64,000 bases of DNA, taken from assembly GCA_024405635.1 (NCBI GenBank), contig JAKSOL010000009.1, positions 15,022 through 79,021 on the forward strand. The letters run 5' to 3'. How positions within the stretch are numbered: position 1 is the stretch's first letter; each line of letters opens with the position of its first letter. Shown here piece after piece: positions 19,113 through 28,955 of this stretch. The position numbers were made by a program, and so were the translations under genes. Source of the DNA: Salinivirgaceae bacterium. GTDB taxonomy: Bacteria > Bacteroidota > Bacteroidia > Bacteroidales > SZUA-534. Below the pieces are notes generated by a model. It was not told the origin of the DNA, searched no databases, and saw nothing but the letters and a program-made list of their open reading frames with translations.

Positions 19113-19131
19113 TTTGCAACTCAGTTGCAAA
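19113..19131. promoter_or_regulatory. candidate Fur-family operator (perfect 8-3-8 palindrome) in the divergent promoter region
   Basis: TTTGCAAC-TCA-GTTGCAAA, 19 bp, lying between the permease start (19062) and the regulator start (19198). Confidence 0.5.
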
Positions 19132-19197
19132 GTGAACCCTCACTCATATTTTAACCACACTATATATAATAGCACACTAAACCTTTATCTTTGCCAC

Positions 19198-19605
19198 ATG
19201 AACAACAAACAAATAGAAAACATTTTATCAGGAAACGGCATACATCCTACAGCAGTGCGCGTAGTAGTATGGAACGCCATAGCCGACAAGCACGAGCCGT
19301 TTACCCTAAAAGATGCCGAACAATGGCTACCCTACACCGACCGCAGTAGCATATTTAGAACCCTAAAACTCTTTGCCGACCAACATTTGCTACACGAACT
19401 TGACGACGGCTCGGGCATACGCAAGTATTGTTTATGCAGATGCGAGTCGAAGCAACATATAGGCCATGTTCACTTTACTTGCACTAGTTGTGGGAAAACA
19501 TTTTGCCTTGACAATTGCCACATACCAAGCGTTATATTACCCAAAGGATATACACAACACGAAGCCGAGTACTTAATAAAAGGTATATGCAGCAATTGCC
19601 AATAA
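19198..19605 (+). CDS. Fur family transcriptional regulator (Zur/Fur-like)
   Basis: The track ORF starts upstream at 19075 on a non-ATG codon. ATG 19198 gives MNNKQIENILSGNGIHPTAVRVVVWNAI..., a winged helix, plus two CxxC pairs (CTSCGKTFC, CSNCQ) typical of the Fur structural Zn site. Confidence 0.8.
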   Translation: MNNKQIENILSGNGIHPTAVRVVVWNAIADKHEPFTLKDAEQWLPYTDRSSIFRTLKLFADQHLLHELDDGSGIRKYCLCRCESKQHIGHVHFTCTSCGKTFCLDNCHIPSVILPKGYTQHEAEYLIKGICSNCQ

Positions 19606-19851
19606 ATATTTTAAGGCAGAAATCATAAAATTCAAAAACCATTATCAATAAATAGGCAAACAACCGTAAATGGTCAAACGCATTATAAATTAATAGATTA
19701 CGCAAACAACATAAAAAGCAACAAAATACTCCACCCAAAAAAACGCTCTATTGGTCCAAAAAAAGCAAATATTTCTTGCATAAGAGAACAAATAGTAGTT
19801 ATTTCGACCCGTTAAAAATTTATTTATTAAACCTTTTAAAAACTTTAAACA

Positions 19852-20838
19852 ATGAAGAAATTCGTTTTTGGTGCTTTGGCACTATGCGCATTGGCATTCG
19901 TTTCTTGTAAAGACGACGATGACAAAAAAAAAGAAGAAGTAAAAGTAACCATTAAAGAGGCTACTCTTTCTTTGAAAGTTGGTGAAACAGCAACTTTGAC
20001 TGTAACCCCAGCTGACGCAGCTTTGACATCAAACAATGCTGAAGTTGCAACTGTTGACGCTAAGGGCGTTGTAACTGCTGTCGCTGCTGGTGAGGCTGTA
20101 ATCACAGCTACCAAAGGTGACAAAAAAGCAGAATGCAAAGTAACCGTTACTGCTAAAGGTGAAGAAACTCCAGAAGATCCAAAAGATCCAAATGGAGCTA
20201 AAAGTAGCATCGGTAATGTTGATGGTGTAGTTCCTGGCGGTGAAGTAAAAGAGCAAGAGGTTTACATGTCAGTATCTGGTAACCCAGAGCCAACTGCTCA
20301 AAAAATCAACATCGAGGCTGGTTCTTTCGATGCAAAAGGTATCGTTAAAGTTGTTTTGACTTCAACTGCTGACGGTTCATACTGGAAAGAAGACGGTAGC
20401 GCATTCGCAGGTCGTGAGGAAGACGTTCCAACATTTGAGAACGTATATGTTTGCCCAACAACCGATATGGCTGCTAACCCATGGGATAACCAATTCTTCA
20501 TCCAATGCACTGAAGATGGTTGGGCTGCTGGTGAGACCCACAAAGTATCTTACTTCATCGGTACACTACAAGCAACTCCATTTGTAACAGAAGCTTCTGA
20601 TGGTTCAGACTCTACCTACTACAAATCAATCGGTGCACAATGCCACACTAACGTAGGTGATTACAAACACTGGAAGGGTGCTGGTAACGGCCAATGCATC
20701 GTTGACGGTAAATGGCACAAAATCGACGTAGATTACACTGTTGATGCTGACGCTGATGGTATGAAAACATTCGCATTCAACTTGAATGATCCAGCTCCAG
20801 CTAACATCTTCTTCTTCACTGAGATCTCTGTTGAGTAA
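19852..20838 (+). CDS. surface lipoprotein with a Big_2 (bacterial Ig-like) domain and a CBM_4_9-like carbohydrate-binding domain
   Basis: Lipobox LAFVSCKDD. Big_2 text LSLKVGETATLTVTP...AEVATVDAKGVVTAVAAGEAVITAT. C-terminal NPWDNQFFIQ... resembles CBM4/9/22 modules. Codon choice is strongly biased and a strong terminator follows. Confidence 0.7.
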   Translation: MKKFVFGALALCALAFVSCKDDDDKKKEEVKVTIKEATLSLKVGETATLTVTPADAALTSNNAEVATVDAKGVVTAVAAGEAVITATKGDKKAECKVTVTAKGEETPEDPKDPNGAKSSIGNVDGVVPGGEVKEQEVYMSVSGNPEPTAQKINIEAGSFDAKGIVKVVLTSTADGSYWKEDGSAFAGREEDVPTFENVYVCPTTDMAANPWDNQFFIQCTEDGWAAGETHKVSYFIGTLQATPFVTEASDGSDSTYYKSIGAQCHTNVGDYKHWKGAGNGQCIVDGKWHKIDVDYTVDADADGMKTFAFNLNDPAPANIFFFTEISVE

Positions 20839-20868
20839 TCTCTATCTTTAGAAGATTAAGTAATACGG

Positions 20869-20905
20869 CTCGCCCTTCGTTTTGCAACGAAGGGCGAGTT
20901 TTTTT
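20869..20905 (+). terminator. strong intrinsic terminator
   Basis: 13-bp stem CTCGCCCTTCGTT / AACGAAGGGCGAG with a TTGC loop, followed by T7. Confidence 0.9.
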
Positions 20906-21045
20906 ATGCACATTTTTGAAATATGCCACGTTCTCAATGTGTTATTGCCAAACTATTAAAAGCAGACCAAGCGATATGTATTTGGCAAAATTTTAACACC
21001 TTTGACACACTTATAAAAACATTATCTTTATTAAACTAAAACACA

Positions 21046-22584
21046 ATGACACTAACAAAGTATCTGGCAATAGCAACGGCTGCGTTGCTCGTTTCGTGCA
21101 CAGCAAACAACATCACACCTATTACTACAATTAGCACCGGAGCAATTGAAGGAGTTTACTCCGAAGGTGTATATGCATTCAAAGGCATACCGTATGCAAA
21201 AGCTAAACGTTTTCAACCTGCTGAGGTGGCCGACTCGTGGACAGATACTTTAAAATGCACAGAATATGGGCCATGGGCTAAACAAGCCGAAAACGATGGT
21301 CGCTCAGTTGAAGGCAAAGGCGACTTTATGGTAAATGTTTGGACTACAGGACTAAACGATGGAGGCAAACGCCCAATTATGTTTTGGATTCATGGTGGAG
21401 GTTTTTCATTTGGTTCTGCCAACGCCGACCCTACCGATGGCGTTCATCTTGCTCAAAAAAATGTTGTTGTGGTAAGCATCAACCACCGTTTAGATGTTAT
21501 GGGATTTTTAGACCTTTCGGCTTTTGGAGGAAAATGGGAAAACTCGGTGAATGTTGGCATGACCGACATTATTGCTGCATTAAAATGGACCCAAACAAAT
21601 GCCGAAACATTTGGTGGCGACGCTAACAACATTACAATTTTTGGAGAATCGGGCGGTGGCGGCAAGGTTGGCACTTTGCTATGCATGCCCGAAGCTAAAG
21701 GGCTATTTAGCAAAGCTATTATTCAAAGTGGCGCAAAAATCAACATAACAAATAGCGAAATATCAAAACAACTTGGCAAAAACGTAGTAGCAGAATTGGG
21801 GTTGTCGGCCGAAACCTTAGACCAAATACAAACCATTAGCTACGACACTCTGCTAAAAGTAAGCCGAAAATGCCAAGCCGAAATACTTGGACCACGAGCA
21901 CCTGGCAGTGTTAAAATGTGGGGATTTTGCCCTACTGCCGATGGCAAAACTCTTTTGCAGCAACCTTACACACCAGGATTTGCTAATCTTGCCAACAATG
22001 TTCCAATTATGATAGGCACAACGTTTAACGAACTTGAACGTAAATACTATACCGACACAACACTAACCCAAGCAAAAGCCGACTCAATTCTAGAAAAACG
22101 ATATGGAGACCAAAAAGAAGAGTTTGTTGCAGCATTTAAACAAGCATACCCTACTCGTAACTTAGCCGATATGCTTGGCATTGATGGCAATATACGCGCA
22201 TTTACTTTAAATACCGCTGATGCAAAATCGGCAGTTGAGGGTGGCGCCCCTGTTTACGTTTACTTGCTTACTTGGGTGAGCGACATTGACGAGGGCGGCA
22301 GCGGTTGCTATCACTCACTCGACATTCCACTTTGCTTTAACAACCCATACGACGAACGTTACCAAGTAAAAGCAGGCGACGAAAAGGCCCGCATTGTAGC
22401 CGACCGAATGAGCAACCTTTGGGTAAGTTTTGCAAAAAACGGCACCCCAACTTCTAATGGAGTTCCAACATGGACTCCATACACAAAAGAAAACGGAGCA
22501 ACCTTGATTATTGACAATCAGTTTGAAATGAAAAACAACTTTGACCGCGAATTACAAAACATTCTCTTTTCAAAGTTGAAATAA
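21046..22584 (+). CDS. carboxylesterase/lipase family protein (type B)
   Basis: Signal/lipobox LLVSCTAN. GIPYAKA, WIHGGGF and the nucleophile elbow FGESGGG. Confidence 0.88.
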   Translation: MTLTKYLAIATAALLVSCTANNITPITTISTGAIEGVYSEGVYAFKGIPYAKAKRFQPAEVADSWTDTLKCTEYGPWAKQAENDGRSVEGKGDFMVNVWTTGLNDGGKRPIMFWIHGGGFSFGSANADPTDGVHLAQKNVVVVSINHRLDVMGFLDLSAFGGKWENSVNVGMTDIIAALKWTQTNAETFGGDANNITIFGESGGGGKVGTLLCMPEAKGLFSKAIIQSGAKINITNSEISKQLGKNVVAELGLSAETLDQIQTISYDTLLKVSRKCQAEILGPRAPGSVKMWGFCPTADGKTLLQQPYTPGFANLANNVPIMIGTTFNELERKYYTDTTLTQAKADSILEKRYGDQKEEFVAAFKQAYPTRNLADMLGIDGNIRAFTLNTADAKSAVEGGAPVYVYLLTWVSDIDEGGSGCYHSLDIPLCFNNPYDERYQVKAGDEKARIVADRMSNLWVSFAKNGTPTSNGVPTWTPYTKENGATLIIDNQFEMKNNFDRELQNILFSKLK

Positions 22585-22609
22585 CCAAAACTCAACACTT
22601 TGCTCAACA

Positions 22610-23275
22610 ATGTTCAAATACATTCTTTTTGACCTTGATGGTACACTAACCGACCCTAAAATAGGTATTACAACTTGTGTACAATATGCTCTTGCGTCAT
22701 TTGGAATACACGAACCTTGTCTTGATAAACTTGAACCGTTTATTGGTCCGCCACTAAAAGATAGTTTCATGCAGTTTTACGGCATGAACGAACAAGATGC
22801 GTGGCTTGCATGCGAAAAATACCACGAACGTTTTGATGTTTTAGGAATTTTTGAAAACGAAATATATCCCGGCATTGCAACAATGCTAGAACATCTTTGT
22901 GCATCGGGCAAAAAGTTAGCCATAGCATCAAGTAAACCCACCGACTTGGTTGAGCGAATATTACAACACTTTAACATTGCCCAATATTTTACGCATGTTG
23001 TTGGAAGCGAGAATAGAGGAAAAATACGCGGCACAAAACAAGAAGTGGTGAAAGAAGCCCTATGCCGATTACTTGGCAATGAATTTAACAACATCAGCAA
23101 AAACAACATTGCCATGGTTGGCGACCGCAAATTTGATATTGAAGGAGCAAAAGCCTTTGGGTTAACAAGCATTGGTGTATCGTTTGGATACGCCGCACCA
23201 TGTGAACTTGAAACCGCCGGGGCCGATTTTATAGTTAACTCAGTTAACCAACTACAACATATTTTAAATCAGTAA
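22610..23275 (+). CDS. HAD family hydrolase (phosphoglycolate phosphatase-like)
   Basis: FDLDGTLTD motif I, SSKP motif II region and GDRKFDIEGA motif IV. Confidence 0.85.
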   Translation: MFKYILFDLDGTLTDPKIGITTCVQYALASFGIHEPCLDKLEPFIGPPLKDSFMQFYGMNEQDAWLACEKYHERFDVLGIFENEIYPGIATMLEHLCASGKKLAIASSKPTDLVERILQHFNIAQYFTHVVGSENRGKIRGTKQEVVKEALCRLLGNEFNNISKNNIAMVGDRKFDIEGAKAFGLTSIGVSFGYAAPCELETAGADFIVNSVNQLQHILNQ

Positions 23276-23278
23276 TAT

Positions 23279-24679
23279 ATGTATTTCGAACTTTCGGACG
23301 ATATTATATTTCCCGATCCTAGGCTTATTTTAGGCGAACACCAGTCCGAAACTCTTTATGCACTTGGCGGCGACTATCAACCCAAACGAGTTCTTGAAGC
23401 TGCACGATGGGGAATTTTCCCTTGGAGTCCATTCCGTTCGCCCATAAAATCGTGGCATTGCCCAGCCGAGCGATTCGTAATTTTTCCTAACGAGATACAC
23501 ATCTCGCACTCAATGCGCCAATTAATAAAAAAAGGCACTTACCGACTATCGGTTGATGAAGATTTTGAAGGAGTGATAAATGGTTGTGCCGAATTTCGCA
23601 TCGATAGCGATGGAGCTTGGCTTGGAGGTGATTTGATTGATGCGGTTATTGAACTACACAAACAAGGGCATGCACATAGCGTAGAAGTTTGGGACGGCGA
23701 AAAACTAGTTGGAGGTTTATACGGAGAACTAGTTGACGGCATTTTTTTTGGCGAGAGCATGTTTTCGCGGGTACCAAGCGGTAGCAAACTGGCTCTCATA
23801 CATTTAGCCAAATTGATGCAAGAAAAAGGGTATCTTTTTATCGATTGCCAAATGCCAACCGACCACCTAAAAAGCATGGGAGGACGAACAATCAGTTACG
23901 ATGAATACTTGCAACTAAAAGGCATAAGCGAAGGGCCTTCAGCTTTACGACCACAACAACTTAGTTGGCTTAATCCAAAAGTTCAAGCTTTTGATACTCA
24001 ATTAAATCCGATTAAAAGCAGTCAATCGTTCATCAATTTTCTAACATACTGCGAGTTTGACGTACGACTACTTGATATCAACTACATAATTAGTCTTGAT
24101 GACCACAACCGCGAGTTTGCCACGTACATACGAAACAACATGGTTGCATTTATCAGCGATAAAATGAAAAAACAAACACCAGTAGAGTTTGTTGAAATTG
24201 AAAAAGCTGAAAATGAAAAAGATACCTTGATTTGGATATCTAAGTCGTGGGACGAACTAACCACATACGACTTGTACGACATACTTAAACTCCGATCGGA
24301 AGTATTTGTAAACGAGCAAAACTGCACATATCAAGACATGGACGACAAAGATCAAAAAAGCCTGCATCTTATGTGCATGACCACCGAAGGCGAATTAGCA
24401 GCCTATCTGCGCATCATTCCCAATGGTATTGAAAGCAAAACCGAAGGTAGCTTGGGAAGAGTTATTGTAAGCAAATCATTTAGAGGCAACGGAATTGGCC
24501 ACAAACTAATAAACCGAGGCATTGAGTTATACAAACACGAAGTTGGTCGCAAATACCCAATAACAATTCACGCACAATCGCATCTCGAAAAATTTTACGC
24601 TAAACACAACTTTGTAGCCACAAGCGACCCGTTTATGTACGAAGGACTAATGCACACCTTAATGAAACTCGAATTTTAA
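23279..24679 (+). CDS. aat: fusion protein: leucyl/phenylalanyl-tRNA--protein transferase (N-terminal) plus ElaA-like GNAT acetyltransferase (C-terminal)
   Basis: A single uninterrupted 466-aa ORF. The N-terminal 215 aa or so carry Aat text (GIFPW, GAWLGGDLIDAVIELHKQGHAHSVEVW, LVGGLYG, FFGESMFS, IDCQ). The last 150 aa or so align by eye to E. coli ElaA (LRSEVFVNEQNCTYQDMDDKD; GRVIVSKSFRGNGIGHKL; HAQSHLEKFY). Confidence 0.8.
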   Translation: MYFELSDDIIFPDPRLILGEHQSETLYALGGDYQPKRVLEAARWGIFPWSPFRSPIKSWHCPAERFVIFPNEIHISHSMRQLIKKGTYRLSVDEDFEGVINGCAEFRIDSDGAWLGGDLIDAVIELHKQGHAHSVEVWDGEKLVGGLYGELVDGIFFGESMFSRVPSGSKLALIHLAKLMQEKGYLFIDCQMPTDHLKSMGGRTISYDEYLQLKGISEGPSALRPQQLSWLNPKVQAFDTQLNPIKSSQSFINFLTYCEFDVRLLDINYIISLDDHNREFATYIRNNMVAFISDKMKKQTPVEFVEIEKAENEKDTLIWISKSWDELTTYDLYDILKLRSEVFVNEQNCTYQDMDDKDQKSLHLMCMTTEGELAAYLRIIPNGIESKTEGSLGRVIVSKSFRGNGIGHKLINRGIELYKHEVGRKYPITIHAQSHLEKFYAKHNFVATSDPFMYEGLMHTLMKLEF

Positions 24680-24729
24680 ACTCCGAATTGAGTATCAAAC
24701 AACACTATCATAAAAACACGCAACCATCT

Positions 24730-25311
24730 ATGGCTCAACTAATTTTCCCCACAAAAGAAACAAAAGAGCAAAACTGGGAAATACTTTCATCGCAATATGT
24801 TATTCAACGGCCATGGCTAACAGCCAGACTCGACCAACTTCAAATGCCAAACGGCCATATATGCGACGAATGGTACGTACTTGAATACCCACATTGGGTT
24901 AATGTAATTGCAATAACCACTGACGGCCAACTAATTATGGAACGGCAATATCGCCACGGATTGCAACGCTTTGCTTGGGAAATACCAGCAGGAGTAGTTG
25001 AACAAAACGAAACACCTGAACAAGCAGCAAAACGCGAACTGCTTGAAGAAACAGGATTTGGTGGTGGCATTTGGACTGAAATGATGCAACTTTCGGCCAA
25101 CCCAACAGCAATGAACAACATTAACCACACTTTTCTTGCTACTAATGTTGAGCAAGTTTCGCAACCAAACCAAGAAAGTACCGAAGACATAAGCGTATGG
25201 CTTATGAAACCTAACGAAGTTTTAGCCATTCTTAAAAATGGCGGCATCGACCAATCGTTGATGGCCGCTCCACTTTGGAAATACTTTGCAGAATCAAAAA
25301 CTACGCTTTAA
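24730..25311 (+). CDS. NUDIX hydrolase
   Basis: Nudix box GVVEQNETPEQAAKRELLEETGF. The track start is TTG 24688; the first ATG is at 24730. Confidence 0.85.
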   Translation: MAQLIFPTKETKEQNWEILSSQYVIQRPWLTARLDQLQMPNGHICDEWYVLEYPHWVNVIAITTDGQLIMERQYRHGLQRFAWEIPAGVVEQNETPEQAAKRELLEETGFGGGIWTEMMQLSANPTAMNNINHTFLATNVEQVSQPNQESTEDISVWLMKPNEVLAILKNGGIDQSLMAAPLWKYFAESKTTL

Positions 25312-25362
25312 CCATTTATGTAAAAAGACGTATTAATTATATATTTAGGCATTGAAACATTT

Positions 25363-27690
25363 ATGAACATGAAAAAAACTATTCTATCGGCAATGACTAT
25401 TGTTGGAACTATGGTAGCCTGCACAACTAGCGAGCCTAAACTGGGCAAATCGTCGATTGACGACATTATTGCCGCAATGACAATTGAAGAAAAAGCACAC
25501 ATTATTATTGGCACTGGAATGGACAATCAAGGCGACACTGCCGTGGTTGGAAACACAAAACACATCATTCCCGGAGCAGCAGGAACAACTTCATTAATTG
25601 AGCGTTTAGGCATTACTTCAATGGTACTTGCCGATGGTCCAGCAGGTTTACGCATCAACCCTCAGCGCGAAGGAGTTGACCGCACATTTTTCTGCACCCA
25701 TTTCCCTATTGGCACATTGCTAGCCTCAACATGGAACCAAGAATTAGTTGAACAAGTTGGTCAAGCAATAGGCAACGAAGTACTTGAATATGGTGTTGAT
25801 GTTTTGCTTGCACCTGGATTGAACATTCACCGCAACCCTCTTTGTGGCCGAAACTTTGAATATTACAGCGAAGACCCTCTTGTTACTGGTAAAATTGCAT
25901 CGGCCTACGTTCGCGGAGTTCAAAGTAACGGAGTTGGTGTTTCGCTAAAGCATTTTGCTGCCAACAATCAAGAGAGCAACCGCATGGCAAACGATGCGCG
26001 AATGTCAACACGTGCATTGCGCGAGATATACCTTAAAGGTTTTGAAATAGCTGTAAAAGAAGCTAAACCTTGGACTATTATGACATCGTACAACCATATA
26101 AACGGCACATACACTTCGGAAAACAAAGACCTGCTACTCACCATTTTACGCAACGAATGGGGATTTGATGGCACTGTTATGACCGACTGGTATAGCGGTA
26201 ACAATGTTGTTGCACAAACCGAGGCTTGCAACGACATGATACAACCAGGAACCGACCGCCAATTTAACATTCTTGTTGACGCCATAAAAAACGGCAATAT
26301 ATCAGAAGATGCTGTTAATCAAAATGTTAAACGCATTTTGCAACTAGTAACAAAAACACCGCGATTCAAAGGATACCAATTCAGCAACAACCCCGATTTA
26401 AAAGCTCATGCTCAAGTAACTCGCCAATCGGCAACCGAAGGCATGGTATTGCTTAAAAACAACAACACTTTGCCGCTATCAAAAGAGGTGAAAAATGTTG
26501 CACTTTTTGGATGCACCTCATACCTGTTTATTGCAGGCGGAACGGGCTCAGGCAATGTTAACCGAGCATACACAGTGTCGCTACTCGATGGCCTGACAAA
26601 TAATGGTTACAATGTTGATAGCACATTTACCAACACATACCAAACCCACATTGACGCAGAAAACGAGCGCAACCATTTTAATAGTCCAAACGCTGTTTTG
26701 TACACAGCAAAACGTCCGGTTGAATTGATTCCAGATGCACAAAAAATGAAAGTTCAGGCCGAAAAAACTGACATTGCTATAGTAACAATAGGCCGCAATT
26801 CGGGAGAATTCTTAGACCGCACAGTTGCCGATTTTTCACTATCGTCAGAAGAACAACAACTTGTAAGCAACGTTTGCAAAACCTTTCATGCTGCAGGCAA
26901 AAAAGTAATTGTTATTCTAAATGTTGGTGGCGTTATTGAAACCGCATCGTGGAAAGACCAACCAGACGCAATATTATTGGCATGGCAACCTGGACAAGAA
27001 GGCGGAAACTCAATTGTTGACGTACTTAACGGAACTATATCGCCAAGCGGAAAACTTCCAATGACATTCCCAATAAACTTTACCGACCATGCTTCATCGG
27101 CAAATTTCCCAATTGAGGCTCGCCCTACTCACTACGAAACCGTTGGCGCCGCAAAAACAGAAGTTAAGAATTGGGACTACACCAATTACGAAGAAGATAT
27201 TTATGTTGGCTATCGTTACTTCGATAGTTTTGAAAAAGAAGTATCGTTCCCATTTGGCTACGGTTTAAGCTACTCTACTTTTGAGTATTCAAACATTGCG
27301 GTTAAATCAAATGCAAACGAAGTATCAGTTTCGTTCTCAATAAAAAACACGGGCACGGTTGCTGCTAAAGAAGTTGCACAACTTTACATTTCGGCTCCTA
27401 ATGCTAAGAGCAACAACAAACCCGAAAAAGAGTTGAAAGCCTTTGCCAAAACCACAGAACTAAAGCCTGGCGAATCGCAAACCATAACCTTAACAGTTAA
27501 AACTGCCGACTTGGCTTCGTTCAATTCAGAGGCAAGCGCTTGGCAAACCGATGCTGGAACCTACAAAATTCTTGTAGGCGCTTCGTCGCGCGACATTCGC
27601 CTTACTTCCGAAGTTGAAGTTGATGCTCTTGAAGCAAAAGTTAACAACGTGCTAAATCCACAAGTTGAGCTCAACTTGCTTAAACGATAA
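25363..27690 (+). CDS. glycoside hydrolase family 3 (beta-glucosidase/xylosidase-like), exported
   Basis: 775 aa with signal peptide, GLRINP, KHFAANNQE, VMTDWYS nucleophile region and a C-terminal Fn3-like domain. Confidence 0.9.
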   Translation: MNMKKTILSAMTIVGTMVACTTSEPKLGKSSIDDIIAAMTIEEKAHIIIGTGMDNQGDTAVVGNTKHIIPGAAGTTSLIERLGITSMVLADGPAGLRINPQREGVDRTFFCTHFPIGTLLASTWNQELVEQVGQAIGNEVLEYGVDVLLAPGLNIHRNPLCGRNFEYYSEDPLVTGKIASAYVRGVQSNGVGVSLKHFAANNQESNRMANDARMSTRALREIYLKGFEIAVKEAKPWTIMTSYNHINGTYTSENKDLLLTILRNEWGFDGTVMTDWYSGNNVVAQTEACNDMIQPGTDRQFNILVDAIKNGNISEDAVNQNVKRILQLVTKTPRFKGYQFSNNPDLKAHAQVTRQSATEGMVLLKNNNTLPLSKEVKNVALFGCTSYLFIAGGTGSGNVNRAYTVSLLDGLTNNGYNVDSTFTNTYQTHIDAENERNHFNSPNAVLYTAKRPVELIPDAQKMKVQAEKTDIAIVTIGRNSGEFLDRTVADFSLSSEEQQLVSNVCKTFHAAGKKVIVILNVGGVIETASWKDQPDAILLAWQPGQEGGNSIVDVLNGTISPSGKLPMTFPINFTDHASSANFPIEARPTHYETVGAAKTEVKNWDYTNYEEDIYVGYRYFDSFEKEVSFPFGYGLSYSTFEYSNIAVKSNANEVSVSFSIKNTGTVAAKEVAQLYISAPNAKSNNKPEKELKAFAKTTELKPGESQTITLTVKTADLASFNSEASAWQTDAGTYKILVGASSRDIRLTSEVEVDALEAKVNNVLNPQVELNLLKR

Positions 27691-27708
27691 AGCACTTTTA
27701 TCATAACA

Positions 27709-27746
27709 AAAAGGCGCGTGCAAAATCTGTACGCGCCTTTTGTTTT
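27709..27746. terminator. terminator between convergent GH3 and glycosyltransferase genes
   Basis: Stem AAAAGGCGCGT / ACGCGCCTTTT followed by TTTTGTTTT. Confidence 0.8.
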
Positions 27747-27789
27747 ATATATTCCACTATGTTTCTGCGTTTTATCTCCTATAAAAGCA

Positions 27790-28920
27790 CTAAATACGAA
27801 CATCGATATTCTCTATTGCATTCAATAGTTTTTTAGCATTAGCATTATTGTCATAATAATTCAATGCCACCCTACGCTTGTCCACATCATTTTCAGTAAA
27901 AGCTACATTTTGCAACTTGTGGCACAATAAACGCAACTCCTCTTCGGTTTCAAATTTCATCACCAAATCATCCAAATCAGTACCGTCAAGCATCATGTTG
28001 TTAGCAATGCAATGACGACCTTTATATAAGGAATCGATTAATTTCAGTTTTACCCCAGATTTGTGGAAAGTTGGCAATACTATTATATGCGCATTAGCAA
28101 CTATTTCGTCCATTGCTTCAGCATCAGGATTAACAATCAACCGCACGTTTTTGGTTGCCTCAACAAGTTCTTGCAAATTTTTGCTTGGCAATCGACCGGC
28201 TATTACAACGTTCACTGCAGTTTCTCGTAACGATTCAACAACAAACTTTGCAGCCAATTCGTTAGACAACAACGATAAATCGGCATGAAACAAAACGTAT
28301 TTTCCTATTCCAGTTAATGACGTTACATTATTATTTGAGTGAGCAGGCGGCAACCACACCGATTTTCCATACTTATCGTTAAAATACCGATTCTCGCTTT
28401 TAGAAATAGATGCTATTAATTGTGCATTATGCAGAACCTTTTCATAACTGCGCAACCTTTTACTTTCAGTATAGAAGTATATTTTTTTTAGCCAATTTCG
28501 TTCGTTATTAAAAAGCTGACGATAATATTCGTGTTCACAATTATGAGCACGAACAATCTTAACCCTATTTCGCAATTCTGGTCTATTAAGCAACAATGTT
28601 GTGTGTAGTCCCTCAAACAAAATAGGATAATCGTCTTTTAATAAGTTTTGTAATAACGCATTGCTCTCGCGCGATTTCACTATATACGGGATAGAAGAGA
28701 ATGCACTCAATATGCTAGTATTCCGGTTATAATAGTTTACAGAGAAACAAAAATCTTCAAGAAGATGGTGCGGTGCCCTATTATATACAAAACAATGCAG
28801 ATGAACTTTTACTCCAGCCTCAGCCAAAGCCTTTGCCCGATAGTAAATATCAATCACACCACCATAGTTGGCAGGGAAAGGAACATTAAGGCTAATTATG
28901 TGAAGATGCTCAACCACCAT
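27790..28920 (-). CDS. glycosyltransferase (GT-B fold, GT4/GT1-like)
   Basis: 376 aa. N-terminal ANYGGVIDIYYRAKALAEAGVKV and a C-terminal Rossmann-like half typical of GT-B enzymes. Acceptor and donor unknown. Confidence 0.65.
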   Translation of the reverse strand: MVVEHLHIISLNVPFPANYGGVIDIYYRAKALAEAGVKVHLHCFVYNRAPHHLLEDFCFSVNYYNRNTSILSAFSSIPYIVKSRESNALLQNLLKDDYPILFEGLHTTLLLNRPELRNRVKIVRAHNCEHEYYRQLFNNERNWLKKIYFYTESKRLRSYEKVLHNAQLIASISKSENRYFNDKYGKSVWLPPAHSNNNVTSLTGIGKYVLFHADLSLLSNELAAKFVVESLRETAVNVVIAGRLPSKNLQELVEATKNVRLIVNPDAEAMDEIVANAHIIVLPTFHKSGVKLKLIDSLYKGRHCIANNMMLDGTDLDDLVMKFETEEELRLLCHKLQNVAFTENDVDKRRVALNYYDNNANAKKLLNAIENIDVRI

Positions 28921-28955
28921 TATTATTCAAGAATAAAAGAATAAACCAACAGCAT

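Noticed and set aside
21339-21626. W/R/C-rich 95-aa ORF inside the carboxylesterase gene.
   Set aside because: It is an alternative frame of a gene with the GESGGG esterase signature. Its composition is typical of off-frame translation.
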